The translations under genes were made by a program, and so were the position numbers. A DNA stretch of 63,426 nucleotides, counting the filler, from Globobulimina sp. (lineage: Eukaryota), in assembly GCA_003354225.1 (NCBI GenBank). It is 27 parts of 27 records of this genome, joined end to end, with 100 filler letters (N's around TTAATTAATTAA, not from the genome) between each part and the next. Parts side by side here need not be neighbours in the genome. Positions count along the whole stretch, not along the records: positions 47,069 to 49,320 come from PIVH01007875.1; positions 49,421 to 51,671 come from PIVH01007876.1; positions 51,772 to 54,022 come from PIVH01007877.1; positions 54,123 to 56,373 come from PIVH01007878.1; positions 56,474 to 58,724 come from PIVH01007879.1; positions 58,825 to 61,075 come from PIVH01007880.1; 21 more parts are not named here. The stretch is one strand, 5' to 3'. Every line of letters starts with the position of its first letter. Within the stretch, counting starts at the first letter, position 1. The notes under the pieces are model-generated. The model did not search any database. It saw nothing but the letters and a program-made list of their open reading frames with translations, and was not told the origin of the DNA. This document shows, piece after piece, positions 47,605 to 59,327 of this stretch.

Positions 47605-48939
47605 TTAACATCTGACAGTTTTGTTTGGATTTATTATAATTATCGACGAGTTATACATTGCTTTGGCACATTCGATGTACGCCGATTGTTTCACTTTAAG
47701 TTCTTTCGTTTTGTCTAAATAGTATGGTTTGGTAATGAAATGCTGTGCCGTTTGCCCACATTGCTTAAAATCATTATTTCCAAACGAATATGCTTTATTT
47801 GAGTTTGTCAAAACCAAAGTATGTCTGCCTCCGCATGACATCATCGATATGTCATTTATGTTCAACTTATGTGGCTGGGCAATGACTTGGTGAATCACTG
47901 CGATGTCTCGAGGCTTTCCACATTGACCAAACCCATTATCGCCAAATGTATAACAGTCGTTGTTTTCTGTTAAAACCATTGCGTGGACGAGCCCAGCTGC
48001 CATACTTTTGATTTTTAATTGTTTATTTTCAAAATATTGGCCAATCTTCTTCCAATCGACGCGGTCATCACAGTTAGCCTTTGTGGATGCGGACAGAATG
48101 CCATTTATTGACAATAACATAAAAAAATCAGATCCCAATTCAATTGCAATGTATTTATAATTGGAATCTACCGATCTTACTTTGCTGGACTTGCCCATTT
48201 CTGTCATATATACATTGCCAATATCTGTCAGAAAGAGGGTGCGGCGGTGATTGCATTTAATGTCTGTTAATCGCTCAGTTTCTTTCCAAAAGCGTGGGAT
48301 TTGCGTAAATCGCTCGTATTCGCCATTTGTATACAATTTGTTGTCTAATGTATAAATGAAACAATGTAACGATCCCAACGGATTGCAACTATTATACCCT
48401 TTGGAAACGAAAGCAACTTTCTCATTTAACTCAATTTGTTTCAAGTGAACTGTGTTTTGGTCAGTACCAAAATACAATTTACATCCAGCAAAATGAAGTG
48501 AATGGTCTGCAGCGATGATGGTTGTACTCATATAATTACCGGACAGGTTGCTGTAATGTGTACAAATGTTTTCATATTCGACCAATTTTCGCCATTCTTG
48601 TACACAATTTTGATAATAATTATAATTATATTGGGTTGGTTCCAGAGGTTCTGTCCAACCACTAATCGACAAATGGCCGCAGCTATTGTCGCCAATGCCA
48701 AATATCTCATATCTCGTATTGTATAAATTGATCAGTTTTATCAGTGCTTCTGGCACATTCAAACGTATTTGTCGGCAATACCAAAATGACACAGATAGCA
48801 ACTGGCTATTATCATGCATTTGTTTTGCGGGTACTGTGGCGTCAACGTTGCGATGGGAAACAATTCCATCAGACCAATGCGTGGGGAATATGTAAGTGGG
48901 GAATAGATCTGCAGAGAGTACACGAGGTATTTGCTGCAT
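47605..48939 (-). CDS. RCC1-repeat protein
   Basis: AAGLVHAMVLT...CYTFGDNGFGQCG, CGGRHTLVLT...YSFGNNDFKQCG. Confidence 0.85.
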   Translation of the reverse strand: MQQIPRVLSADLFPTYIFPTHWSDGIVSHRNVDATVPAKQMHDNSQLLSVSFWYCRQIRLNVPEALIKLINLYNTRYEIFGIGDNSCGHLSISGWTEPLEPTQYNYNYYQNCVQEWRKLVEYENICTHYSNLSGNYMSTTIIAADHSLHFAGCKLYFGTDQNTVHLKQIELNEKVAFVSKGYNSCNPLGSLHCFIYTLDNKLYTNGEYERFTQIPRFWKETERLTDIKCNHRRTLFLTDIGNVYMTEMGKSSKVRSVDSNYKYIAIELGSDFFMLLSINGILSASTKANCDDRVDWKKIGQYFENKQLKIKSMAAGLVHAMVLTENNDCYTFGDNGFGQCGKPRDIAVIHQVIAQPHKLNINDISMMSCGGRHTLVLTNSNKAYSFGNNDFKQCGQTAQHFITKPYYLDKTKELKVKQSAYIECAKAMYNSSIIIINPNKTVRC

Positions 48940-48998
48940 GCTTACTCACTAACTACAAAACCTTTTTTTTTATATACATTAACATCAAACGACGTACC

Positions 48999-49320
48999 AT
49001 GGCTTCCTCAGGTCAATTCAACACCATATTTGATGACACAATGTCGACGCATTTATTAGGTTTGCAAGAGGGAATTGCCCTATGTTCCACTGTATTAATT
49101 CTGATGCTGTTAATTTGGACTTATTTCTCATTCAAAGAGCAATCTTCCACACACATTTCATCAGTCGTTTTGTGCCAAATTAAAACATTTTGTTTTATCA
49201 CCATCGTATCTTATTTAGTTATGGCTGCAACAATGGCTATTTTACTCAATAATTTTGTGCTGATGTCTCAGTTAACCTGTCGTGTTTTATATATTCTGTA
49301 TTTTTCATCATATAATATGG
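48999..49320 (+). CDS. Multi-pass membrane protein (7TM-like), N-terminal part
   Basis: ATG 48999; three hydrophobic helices with Cys at the start of the third. Confidence 0.5.
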
Positions 49321-49420
49321 NNNNNNNNNNNNNNNNNNNNNNNNNNNNNNNNNNNNNNNNNNNNTTAATTAATTAANNNNNNNNNNNNNNNNNNNNNNNN
49401 NNNNNNNNNNNNNNNNNNNN

Positions 49421-49661
49421 TACATGAATTATATCCTGCACCGCTGACTTTAACACATCGATTATCATTTATAATTCGTAACTCTTTCCCATGATGATGA
49501 GGATCAAACTTTCTCCAGGCATCGAAATAAAAAAATAAAACAAGGTGCATTATGTCCAATGGCATGCAAGCAAACAACTTGGTCACTCTTCTAACAAATC
49601 CATATACCACATCTTTATGAAACTGACTAATGCCATTCAATCTCTTTACATTCAAATTCAT
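49421..49661 (-). CDS. Hypothetical protein (GFxR..P.DI motif, possible SPRY start), 3'-partial
   Basis: DVVYGFVRR...MPLDIMHLVLFFY then KFDP..HG..L.I. Confidence 0.55.
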
Positions 49662-49706
49662 TGTTTTTGAGTAGTTTTTTCAACTAAAATTAATTAATTA
49701 ATGCAA

Positions 49707-51352
49707 TCATATACAAGTACCAAGTCCTAAACATATAGGTTCACAAACAAATTGTTCCCAGTTTTCAGGATTACAAGTACATGCTGGATATTGTGGGTAT
49801 TGTATCTCTGAAAACGCATTACAACATAAAACATATTCATCTGAAGATCCTAATTGGATCTGATTAGTTATTCTTTCATAATCAACAGTATCCTCCATTT
49901 CATTCCTTTTCTGTGTCATAGATTGCAAAACGTTTTTATATAACTCTGAATTTGTATCAATTGCGAATTTTTCCGATGGATCTTGTTCAACATTATACAA
50001 TAAAGGCGGCTGACGAATAATTGGTCCTCTTATAGGATTAGAAACAATTCCATATTCATCATAGGTCCAATTTGTATGCCGTGTGACCCAATGCATCTTA
50101 TATGAACCACATCGAATGGCCCATAATCCAGGACATTGCTCATATTTATCACAGCCTGAATTTGTACTTCCACCATAAAAATATAAACATTCATGGATTG
50201 GTCCATTATTTGACAATAATAAGCGCGAAATATCTTTCCCATCAATATATCGATCATTTGGTATTTTAGCACCTGCCAAATTTAGAATAGTTGGAAATAT
50301 ATCCAATGTAGACACCATTTCATACGAAATAGAGTGTTTTTTAATTTTATTGTTCCAATACACAAAAGCAGGCATTCTTAAGCCGCCTTCCCAAGTCGTC
50401 CATTTGCCTTCAAAGAACAAGGAAGATGAGCCTCCAGCAATGCTTTTGTTAAGCCATGGTCCATTATCAGAGAGAAAAAAAACCACTGTACTGTCACTTG
50501 CGGTACTTTTATTTATAAATGACATTATTTTTCCAAACGATTCATCCAAATCATTCATACTATCTCCATATCTCCCACGTAACGATGAATTGCAATTTTT
50601 AAAAGAAGAAAAGTCCGGAACATGTGCATGCAAATAGGCCATATATAACAAGAAAGAATTGTCATTATTTATTGATTGGTTCATGAATATTATTGCCTCA
50701 TTTGTTAATTTATTGTTTAATGTCGACAAATCTGGCGGTTGTTGAATGATTGTATGATTATCAATCAATGCTAACACATTATTATATCCATAAGGATCCC
50801 AAGGTGATAGTCCTTGATTTGTGCTGTCTGGAATGCCTAAAAATTCATCAAATCCATGATTAAATGGTAAGAATTGTTTCCTTGAACCAAGGTGCCATTT
50901 GCCAAGGATCTTAGTGGCATAATTTAATTTTTTATCATTTTTTAAAATTTTAGCAAACGTTATTTCTTTTTGTGCGTCTAATCCGCCAATGGCTCCCGGC
51001 ATTAATACTTCGCCAAACCATGGCCCGCACATTCCAGATCTCACGCAATGTCTACCAGTTAATAAAGATGCTCTGCTGCCTTATAGTTGTATATATATAG
51101 TTGGGAAGTATGTTTGATGGATGTATGACAGATAAGACCTGTACAAATATGATATCCAGAATACCATTGAGTGAATTTTTTGCTTCTATGTGCCCAATAA
51201 TCTATGTTTGGTGTGTAGATTGTGGGGTGGCCGGTGTATGACAAATCACCATAACCCATGTCATCTACAAAAAATATCACAAAGTTGGGTTGCTTGTATG
51301 TAGATATCGCGACTGATAGTAATGACAGTAATGAGTAGAGGAGCCAAAGCAT
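49707..51352 (-). CDS. Arylsulfatase (ARSA/ARSG-like), secreted; intron 51080-51138
   Basis: Signal peptide, PNFVIFFVDDMGYGDL, spliced CTGSRASLLTGR, GKWHLG, SDNGPW, GK.TTWEGG.RMP, LLYNVEQDPSE. Confidence 0.92.
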
Positions 51353-51463
51353 TATGTGTGTATTTTTAATACTAAATAGCATCACCGTTTGTTAGCACTA
51401 CAAAACTTTAGTTGACCATGAAAATTATCTTCTAACTTTGTGTCGAATTTCATAATAGAATTA

Positions 51464-51671
51464 GTGCATTTAAGTGAATTGAAAGCAAAGTCGATAATCC
51501 AGTTTGTTTTATCCGTCTATATTTATTAGACTAATCGAATAAATGTTTAATTATATCAATCATATTTATGTTGAAAAGGATCATAAAGTTTTTAGAAACC
51601 TTGATATCGTTGCTGGGACGAATAAAATTGTACTGAATTAGTGACTTTGCTTTCGATTCAGTTAAATGCAC
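51464..51671. mobile_element. MITE of about 208 bp or more with ~29-bp imperfect TIRs
   Basis: GTGCATTTAAGTGAATTGAAAGCAAAGTC ... GACTTTGCTTTCGATTCAGTTAAATGCAC; second copy at 9253-9318. Confidence 0.75.
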
Positions 51672-51771
51672 NNNNNNNNNNNNNNNNNNNNNNNNNNNNN
51701 NNNNNNNNNNNNNNNTTAATTAATTAANNNNNNNNNNNNNNNNNNNNNNNNNNNNNNNNNNNNNNNNNNNN

Positions 51772-52077
51772 GATTGCTTTTTTTTCTTTGATTGCTTTCG
51801 GCTTTGGTTTGGATTTATTATTTTTTGCTTTTTTTGCATTTTCAATGATTTGATTAATTGATGTTTTCATATTAAATAATTGATTATATTCAATATCATT
51901 TTTAATTGAATTAAATCCAACAAATAAAAGTTTTTTTAATTGTTTCATTGATAATAATGTAAGTATTGAGTTTGCATATTTATTCAACTGATTATTATTT
52001 AATTTGTCCATTTTCATTCTGCATTGTATTAATAATCCAAGTTTGTCTGGATCTGTCAGTGTTGGCAGATGAGCCAT
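51772..52077 (-). CDS. Hypothetical protein, N-terminal part
   Basis: ATG 52077, frame open to the contig edge. Confidence 0.45.
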
Positions 52078-52149
52078 GATCAACAGGCAGAGAAGACTAT
52101 TATCTCATAATTATCAAACCAAAGTGTTTTTGATCTTCATCGTCAAACC

Positions 52150-53805
52150 ATGTGTCTCTGTGGACATTGGAGGTTGCAAGACTCGCGGCTAAAATATAAG
52201 TTTGAAATAGATATAGATATACGAATATTAACATTGCGCGCGATATCATTCTTCCAGACCACTGCAGGAAGCAGTATTGCTCGATTTCTTGTAGTATTTT
52301 TGAATAATCATTTCAATCCGCAACAATTAGGAATCTTGGCCGGAATTCAAAATGGCATTGGCTGGCTATCTTCATTTGTATGGGGATTCCTCGGAGATTG
52401 GACTGACAGACATTTATTATGTCTGTTATCTGGTTTAATTGTCGCAACCGTGTGTATCAATGGTTTGGTATTCGATGTAATTCAAGATAACTTTTGGTAT
52501 TCCATGGCCTTAATGAGTTTCGTAACAACGGCAGGATCAGCCGGATGTTTATTTGATGCGATTGTTTTGCTGATTTTGGGAGAACAGAGAGATGACAAAG
52601 ACTCTGATGAAAGTACCAAAGATTACGGATTGACCAGATTTTGGGGAGCTTTTGGATGGGGAGTTGGTGCTTTGATTTGTGGTGCTTTATTGGCTGAATT
52701 TGGTGAGGATTTTTTATTTTATTTTTACGACGTTACCTATTCAATTCCAATCATTATAATGATTATTTCTGGCTCGTATTTGACATATTCAAAACATGAT
52801 GATCAAAACATTAAGCAACAGCGGAATAACCCCAGCTTGCAAGTTGTACAAAACAATAATGAGCCAAATATTAATGTATATACATGGATTTATTACCAAA
52901 ACTAAAGAGCTATATGTAATAATATTTTTACTTTTGTTTTCAAAAAAACAAAAGTAAAAGTACCAAAAACATACGTTTTTATTAGCTATAGTTTTGGTAA
53001 TATGATGGTAATGATATTAATTAAGACAAACAACAAACAAAGATTGGATACTAAATTATTTCGAAAGAATGTGTGCACTTTGTATGGTTTTTTATTTTTT
53101 ATGAACTTATTTGTGTTCGGGATCGGAATGGCTTTTGTAGAAAGTTACTTATTTTTATTTCTTATCAATTATTTTAATGCGTCAACATTTTTATGCGGAC
53201 TGACTGTTGTTATGATGGTATTGGGTGAATTGCCAATGTTTTATAACAGCAAATGGTTAATAGATAATATTGGCATACTGGGTTTATTATCAATTGCCCA
53301 TTTTGCGTATATTGTAAGATGTATCGGATATACATTATTGCCACATAAAAAGGAGTATTCGTGGTTTGTTTTGTTTCTCGAGCCGTTGCATGGACTCACA
53401 TTTGCAGGAATGTGGATAGCATCGGTTGAATATGGATCAAAGTTAGCACCTAAATCTATGCAGGGGACAATGCAAGGATTGATAAATGGAGTATGGTATC
53501 AATTGGCAACATGTTTTGGGACCATTGGTGGTGGAGTCATATTTCATCATCTTGGACCTGTATGGATGTATAGAATGGCTGCATTTGTAATTGCTGGATG
53601 GATGGTATTTTTTCAAGTCAGTGTGAGGGTTATAAGGTTGTGTGATGATAGTGAGGGAATACGGATGTTATTCAGCGAAAAGAAAGAAAGTGACGATAGG
53701 CAAAATAGCCAAGATAAACAGACATTGCTCAGGAAATCGATGGCTGAATCACCAAAGATATCGTTGCTTGTCGACGGGAATTCCTCTGACTGTCAAAGTG
53801 AATGA
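52150..53805 (+). CDS. MFS transporter (MFSD6-like), intron in ~52876-53042
   Basis: WGFLGDWT.R, YGLTRFWGAFGWG, GELPMFY, EPLHGLTFAGMW, GTMQGL; two six-TM halves. Confidence 0.88.
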
Positions 53806-53826
53806 TTTTTATTTAATCCATTCGAC

Positions 53827-54022
53827 ATGTCTCTGTATGAACAAACTTATGTGTTAGCTCCACACTTATCTCCACTACAAATTGATGATATTCTGCGTTA
53901 TATATTTGAATTTGCAAATCCTTTGGAATTATCATCATCGATCGCATTAGTTTGTGAAGATTGGAATAAATTAGTATTTAATAATAAATTGTTATGGTTA
54001 TGCAATTGTGATTTATTATGGA
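53827..54022 (+). CDS. F-box protein, N-terminal part
   Basis: DDILRYIFEF..P.EL..IALVCEDWNKL....LLW. Confidence 0.75.
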
Positions 54023-54122
54023 NNNNNNNNNNNNNNNNNNNNNNNNNNNNNNNNNNNNNNNNNNNNTTAATTAATTAANNNNNNNNNNNNNNNNNNNNNN
54101 NNNNNNNNNNNNNNNNNNNNNN

Positions 54123-56373
54123 TCTAAAGTATAATGTTTTTCAGTATGTCGAGTTATCAATGGGTGTCAGCGTTTCTACTGTTTTATATTCTAAATCAAA
54201 ACAACGTGCAATCCGCTGGTTTATATTCCAAATCTGTCTCACTCACTACCTCCAATCCAACGCAAAATGGTGCTTCCATCCAAATATTGAACTCAAATGA
54301 TGTCAATGCATTGAGCAGCAGATGGGACTTTAGTAGCAGCACACAAATAGGCTATCCAATGAGAATTAGGTTGGATAATACATGGGGTTTCCATCCAACT
54401 CAGGTATCAACGATACAGTTAACTATGGACAGTTCGACATCACTAAATGTTGCTGATCTGGATCCATGCCTGGCATTCAGTGTAAATGCACAGAATTTCA
54501 TCAGTCTCTTCATCAGACTTGATGGTTTTCATAATAATTTTATTTATCCACAATGTTCGCAGTCACAATATATAACCATCGCATCGGGGGATGTCAAAGC
54601 ATTGGTTGATTATAATGGGACTCAGTATTGGGGTACGCCTGATTACCGTCGATATTGGAGATATCATAAACAATTTGCACGTACTGATGGCTATGATATG
54701 TTGCCAGATGTATTAAATTATCGCGACAATTCATTTCCGACAATATTCAAATTGACAAATGATCCAATTCAAAACAGATTACATTTGTCGTACACAAATC
54801 CAATATGGCAACAAAACTATGCCAATTTCTCACAAGATTGTCAGTATACAAGTTTTGATACAGAACTGGGACTCGATATTTATTTCGGCCTTGATGAAAC
54901 CGGTGAAAGTATGAATATATTGAATCCAATAACCATCAGATATTATTACCAAATGACTGATAATCCCACAGTGACACCAACGAATAATCCATCTGATTAT
55001 CCAACAGTATCTCCATCCGATTATCCCTCATTTTTACCCTCTAATTATCCAATAAATCCACCTTCAAAGAATCCCACATTTTTACCTTCAAATCATCCAA
55101 TTACATTAACATCATCTAATTATCCCACCTTTTTACCCACCAATCCACCAATTACAATATCTCCATCGTACAGCCCAACAAAATTACCGTCGAGTAAACC
55201 ATCTCTTCAATCTAGGGAATATTTTGAATCAACAACAACCGGCACCACTTCTTCAGTGTCAAACAGTGAACACACAAATTATATTTCCATCATTGCAATT
55301 GTAGGTGGTATATGTATGTGTCTTTGCTGTGTCCTGTTCGGAATTGTTGTGGTGTTTTTAAAGTATGTTGTTTTTATTTTTGTAACAAAACATTTTTTTA
55401 ATGTATGAAATGAATAGAAGGACATCAAGAATGTCAAACAATGCTGATGTCATTAAAATGATTAATAAAACAGATATTGAACATAATAATGTTGACATGT
55501 CTGCTGATGTCAGTGATATGGATGTGGTGGAAATGATTAATAGAACAGATATTGGACATTATAATGTTGACCTGTCTGCTGAGACAATTGTCGCAGAAAA
55601 AAGTGGCGCAGAAGGTGATACAAAGGGATATATTAATAACAAAGAAAAAGGAATTGATGTTGATGCGATTTTATGTGCTGTAAGGATGCAGTCTGAAGAT
55701 AAGGAGAGAGAAGAGATGGATGCTAAGTTTGTCTCTGAGGGCTGTCAAGATATGGAAGTGCTCTCTGATGATGAAAATGAATTTATTATTGGTGATACAA
55801 ATGATGGGGATGATACCGATGACAATACGTAATTATTTGTAATTATTGTTTCATACTTTTTTAGTAGTACTAAGTTTTGAGCCAACAAAAGTAAATGCCC
55901 TCTTCCTGCGGCACTTGTTCCAAACCAAATGCGTCTGCAATTTGCAGCAGATGCAAATTCACATATTATTGTGATACAAACTGTCAACGTAAAGATTGGA
56001 AACAACACAAAAAAATTGGGAAATAGCAATACCTTAAAACAGAGACTTACTCAAAATATAAATAATGAAGATAATGATAATAAGAAAACGCAACCAAAAT
56101 TAAGGACTTCCTTTCAACGGAAAGTTGCCACAAAGTTTGCGGTGTTAAGAGGACTTAATGTTCGCTTTGTTTGATTAGTTTAGAATGCTACCTTTAGGAA
56201 ACACGCGTTTTTAAAAAGATTTAAAACGAAGAGGTCATACCATCCCCGTCTAGCTCTAAAGTATAATGTTTTTCAGTATGTCGAGTTATCAATGGGTGTC
56301 AGCGTTTCTACTGTTTTATATTCTAAATCAAAACAACGTGCAATCCGCTGGTTTATATTCCAAATCTGTCTCA
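54123..56373. repeat. Contig with 119-bp exact terminal direct repeat (2132-bp circle or tandem unit)
   Basis: 54123-54241 equals 56255-56373. Confidence 0.9.
54134..55832 (+). CDS. Type I membrane protein with PT/PS-repeat stalk; intron 55363-55417
   Basis: Signal peptide, ectodomain, PTxxPS repeats, TM helix with CMCLCC, acidic tail with an internal duplication. Confidence 0.8.
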
Positions 56374-56473
56374 NNNNNNNNNNNNNNNNNNNNNNNNNNN
56401 NNNNNNNNNNNNNNNNNTTAATTAATTAANNNNNNNNNNNNNNNNNNNNNNNNNNNNNNNNNNNNNNNNNNNN

Positions 56474-56960
56474 TGTGATGAACAATCCAATGTTTTCACA
56501 AATGATGGATCACATGATACAAAACCCACAAATGATGCAACAAATGATTCAACACAGCCCTGTCATGCAAAATATGGTCAGACAAAATCCGCAAATGCAA
56601 GCTCAAATAAATATGCTTGCACAGAATCCTGAAATGCTGCGAAGTGTATTAAATATGCAACAAGGATTGTTTCAAAGGCAACGGAGTAACAATAATAACA
56701 ATAATCAACAACAACAACAACAGAATGCCGTTAATCCATTTCAAGCTGCAATGAATCAACAGCCATTTCAAGGTGCTATGAATCAACAGCAACAGCCACG
56801 ACAAGCAGCAGAACAACAAAACATTCAACCGGAGATATTATATCGTCAGCAATTATCACAATTAAATGCAATGGGATTCTGTGACGCTGCCGCAAATATC
56901 CAAGCTCTTATAATAACTGGCGGCAATGTGCAAGCTGCCGTAGATAAATTGATACAATAA
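56474..56960 (+). CDS. Ubiquilin/Dsk2-like protein C-terminus (STI1 + UBA), 5'-partial
   Basis: M/Q-rich NP repeats; PEILYRQQLSQLNAMGF.D..ANIQALI.TGGNVQAAVDKL. Confidence 0.9.
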
Positions 56961-57065
56961 TAACTTTATTTAATTTTGAGTTTTTTAATTTAATCTAATT
57001 ATTACATTTTCAGTTTTTATAACAACATGTTACCCCTAATAACATTTTATTTTGTATATGAAATC

Positions 57066-57940
57066 TCAAAAATAATTTTTTGTTTGAGAATGGACACAAT
57101 GTTTTGATTTAAACCGTTTATCATTTAGTAAATCCAATAAATAAATCTCTTGATTATGTTTTTTATCAAAATAAAATATAAATAAAATATTTCTGAACAA
57201 TAATAAAAAAGCACCATTATAGTTATTTGAATATGGCATTGTGAATTTATTAATTTTCCACTGGAATACATAATGTTTATCAATTTCACATTCAAAAATC
57301 TGATTTAATACTGTAATTTCCAAAAACCATCAATTTTTTTTGTGGTGAAATGAATATTCCATTATTTGTGATGGAATGAATTGATTTTAATAAAGCACAT
57401 TGATATAACTTCTCAGTTTTATTGGCTTCAATATCTTTATAATGTTCTTTTTGCCAATGTTTATTTCGACTCAAAAAATGAATTTGATTGATTGGTGGTG
57501 GAGTATATATGTTTCTGCTCGGTACATTTGCACGTTTTGTACAGTTTGGTTGTACTTTATTGGTTTTTAAATCTAATGTAATTATTCGGTCACCGAACAT
57601 GGCGGACAATGTTAATGTATGATTCAATGGGTCAAGAAATTGGCTATAGCTTGATGGTCGAAATGCATTATTATATCTATGAATAATATGAGATTTATTG
57701 CTGGGATGGTACTAGTTTGTGCAAATAATAATACAACTCGAGTTACAATTTGGATTTGTAGGATGGTGTAATGGTTTGGGCAAACTCTTGTACAACAAAT
57801 TGATAAAGCTGGTAAACCACAAACGGAGAAGAAGCTCACAACTTTTTTGAAATTTTTTTATGATTGAAGAGAGTTGACTTTTGTGCGCAAAATGGGTTTA
57901 ATTTTACACTGTTTATAATATTATTATTTCTATATAAATC
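57066..57940 (-). pseudogene. Fragmented beta-propeller/kelch-like gene
   Basis: Overlapping short ORFs in different frames with LMVFG, W, ILFIF, IYLLDL...F patterns. Confidence 0.35.
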
Positions 57941-57966
57941 ATGAGTTTCGGATCGTTTTTCACAGT

Positions 57967-58686
57967 TTAAATCATTTTTACTTCATACTCGTCCATGAAT
58001 GTAATTTGCAATAACAAATAAATAACGCATATCCCTATTATTAACATAAGGAATGCCATAAAGACGCAACAGCAATAACATACGTCATTCGTACACACAC
58101 AACCAGAACTTCCACTGTCCTCTGCTTTGCCATAAAATCCTTTATTACTTTGTCCTCTCACATTGAAATTGTTACGATTAATAAAACATGCTTCGTCTGG
58201 GCCTGCTGCAAATTTAGAATAAAGTGTATAATTCTTCATTTCATCGTTAAATGTATTATTTAAACACACTGAGTCCATATCCATTTGATACAGATAATTA
58301 TACAAAGGACATTCAGGGTCGTCATAAGGATGTGATACACTGCAGGATCCACGGCCAAGTGAGGTACATTTAATATCAATATACGATTTATTGGAATCTT
58401 TCCAATGAACAATAACGTGATACAGTAACATATAGGATCCTATGAACATTATGGGGATCATTGTCATTATAAACCATAATTGTAGTCCTAGGACATCCCT
58501 GGAAATGTCCTGAATATTTGATGTTATGACAGAGTCAATATATTCTGTCATATTCTTGCTCGTATTGTTTATCGCAGCATACTCAAATATTATATTAATG
58601 ATATTTATATCTGTCACATAACATTCCAAATGAGGTTTGACTTCTGTGCGCAAAATGGGTTTAATGTTATGTTCTTTTAAATACAA
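57967..58686 (-). CDS. Two-TM protein with Cys-rich extracellular loop
   Basis: 239-codon ORF with two hydrophobic helices; start uncertain. Confidence 0.6.
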   Translation of the reverse strand: MYLKEHNIKPILRTEVKPHLECYVTDINIINIIFEYAAINNTSKNMTEYIDSVITSNIQDISRDVLGLQLWFIMTMIPIMFIGSYMLLYHVIVHWKDSNKSYIDIKCTSLGRGSCSVSHPYDDPECPLYNYLYQMDMDSVCLNNTFNDEMKNYTLYSKFAAGPDEACFINRNNFNVRGQSNKGFYGKAEDSGSSGCVCTNDVCYCCCVFMAFLMLIIGICVIYLLLQITFMDEYEVKMI

Positions 58687-59327
58687 TAATTTTTTATTTT
58701 TATCATGTTTCTTAAGATTGTAATNNNNNNNNNNNNNNNNNNNNNNNNNNNNNNNNNNNNNNNNNNNNTTAATTAATTAANNNNNNNNNNNNNNNNNNNN
58801 NNNNNNNNNNNNNNNNNNNNNNNNTACAGTTTTTTACAGATTATTCAAAATAAAAACATTGAAAGTCAAAATTGAATTCTTAAAGGTTGTGTTTCATCGG
58901 GAACCATTAACATTTTATTATTAACCTATTTTCCTTCCAAAAAACGTCAAGTACCAACCTGGTTGCGATATGCAGACGAATTGGTTCAACAGAATAAATC
59001 CCACACACTTTGTGGAATCATGAGGAAACTTTATCCTTTTTTGTTCAATTCATTGTCGTCACAGAGTGTTTAATTAAAACTTTTTTTTGCTCGTTTGAAG
59101 AGCATCAAGTACGAATTAGACTAAATATATTTTGATCCCTTTGCCTTTAGCAAACTGAATTGTTTCTGTTATATATGTAAACAAACAGAGTTCATCTCAA
59201 AAAAGTAATTAACGTTTTTACGAAAAAGAGCCATTAGCTGTTTGGTACAAATGTGTTGATTTACGTTGTTGAGTTTTCTGTTTGATGCAAGTATGAAAAC
59301 TGTTCTTAAATAATTAACACAATTAAT

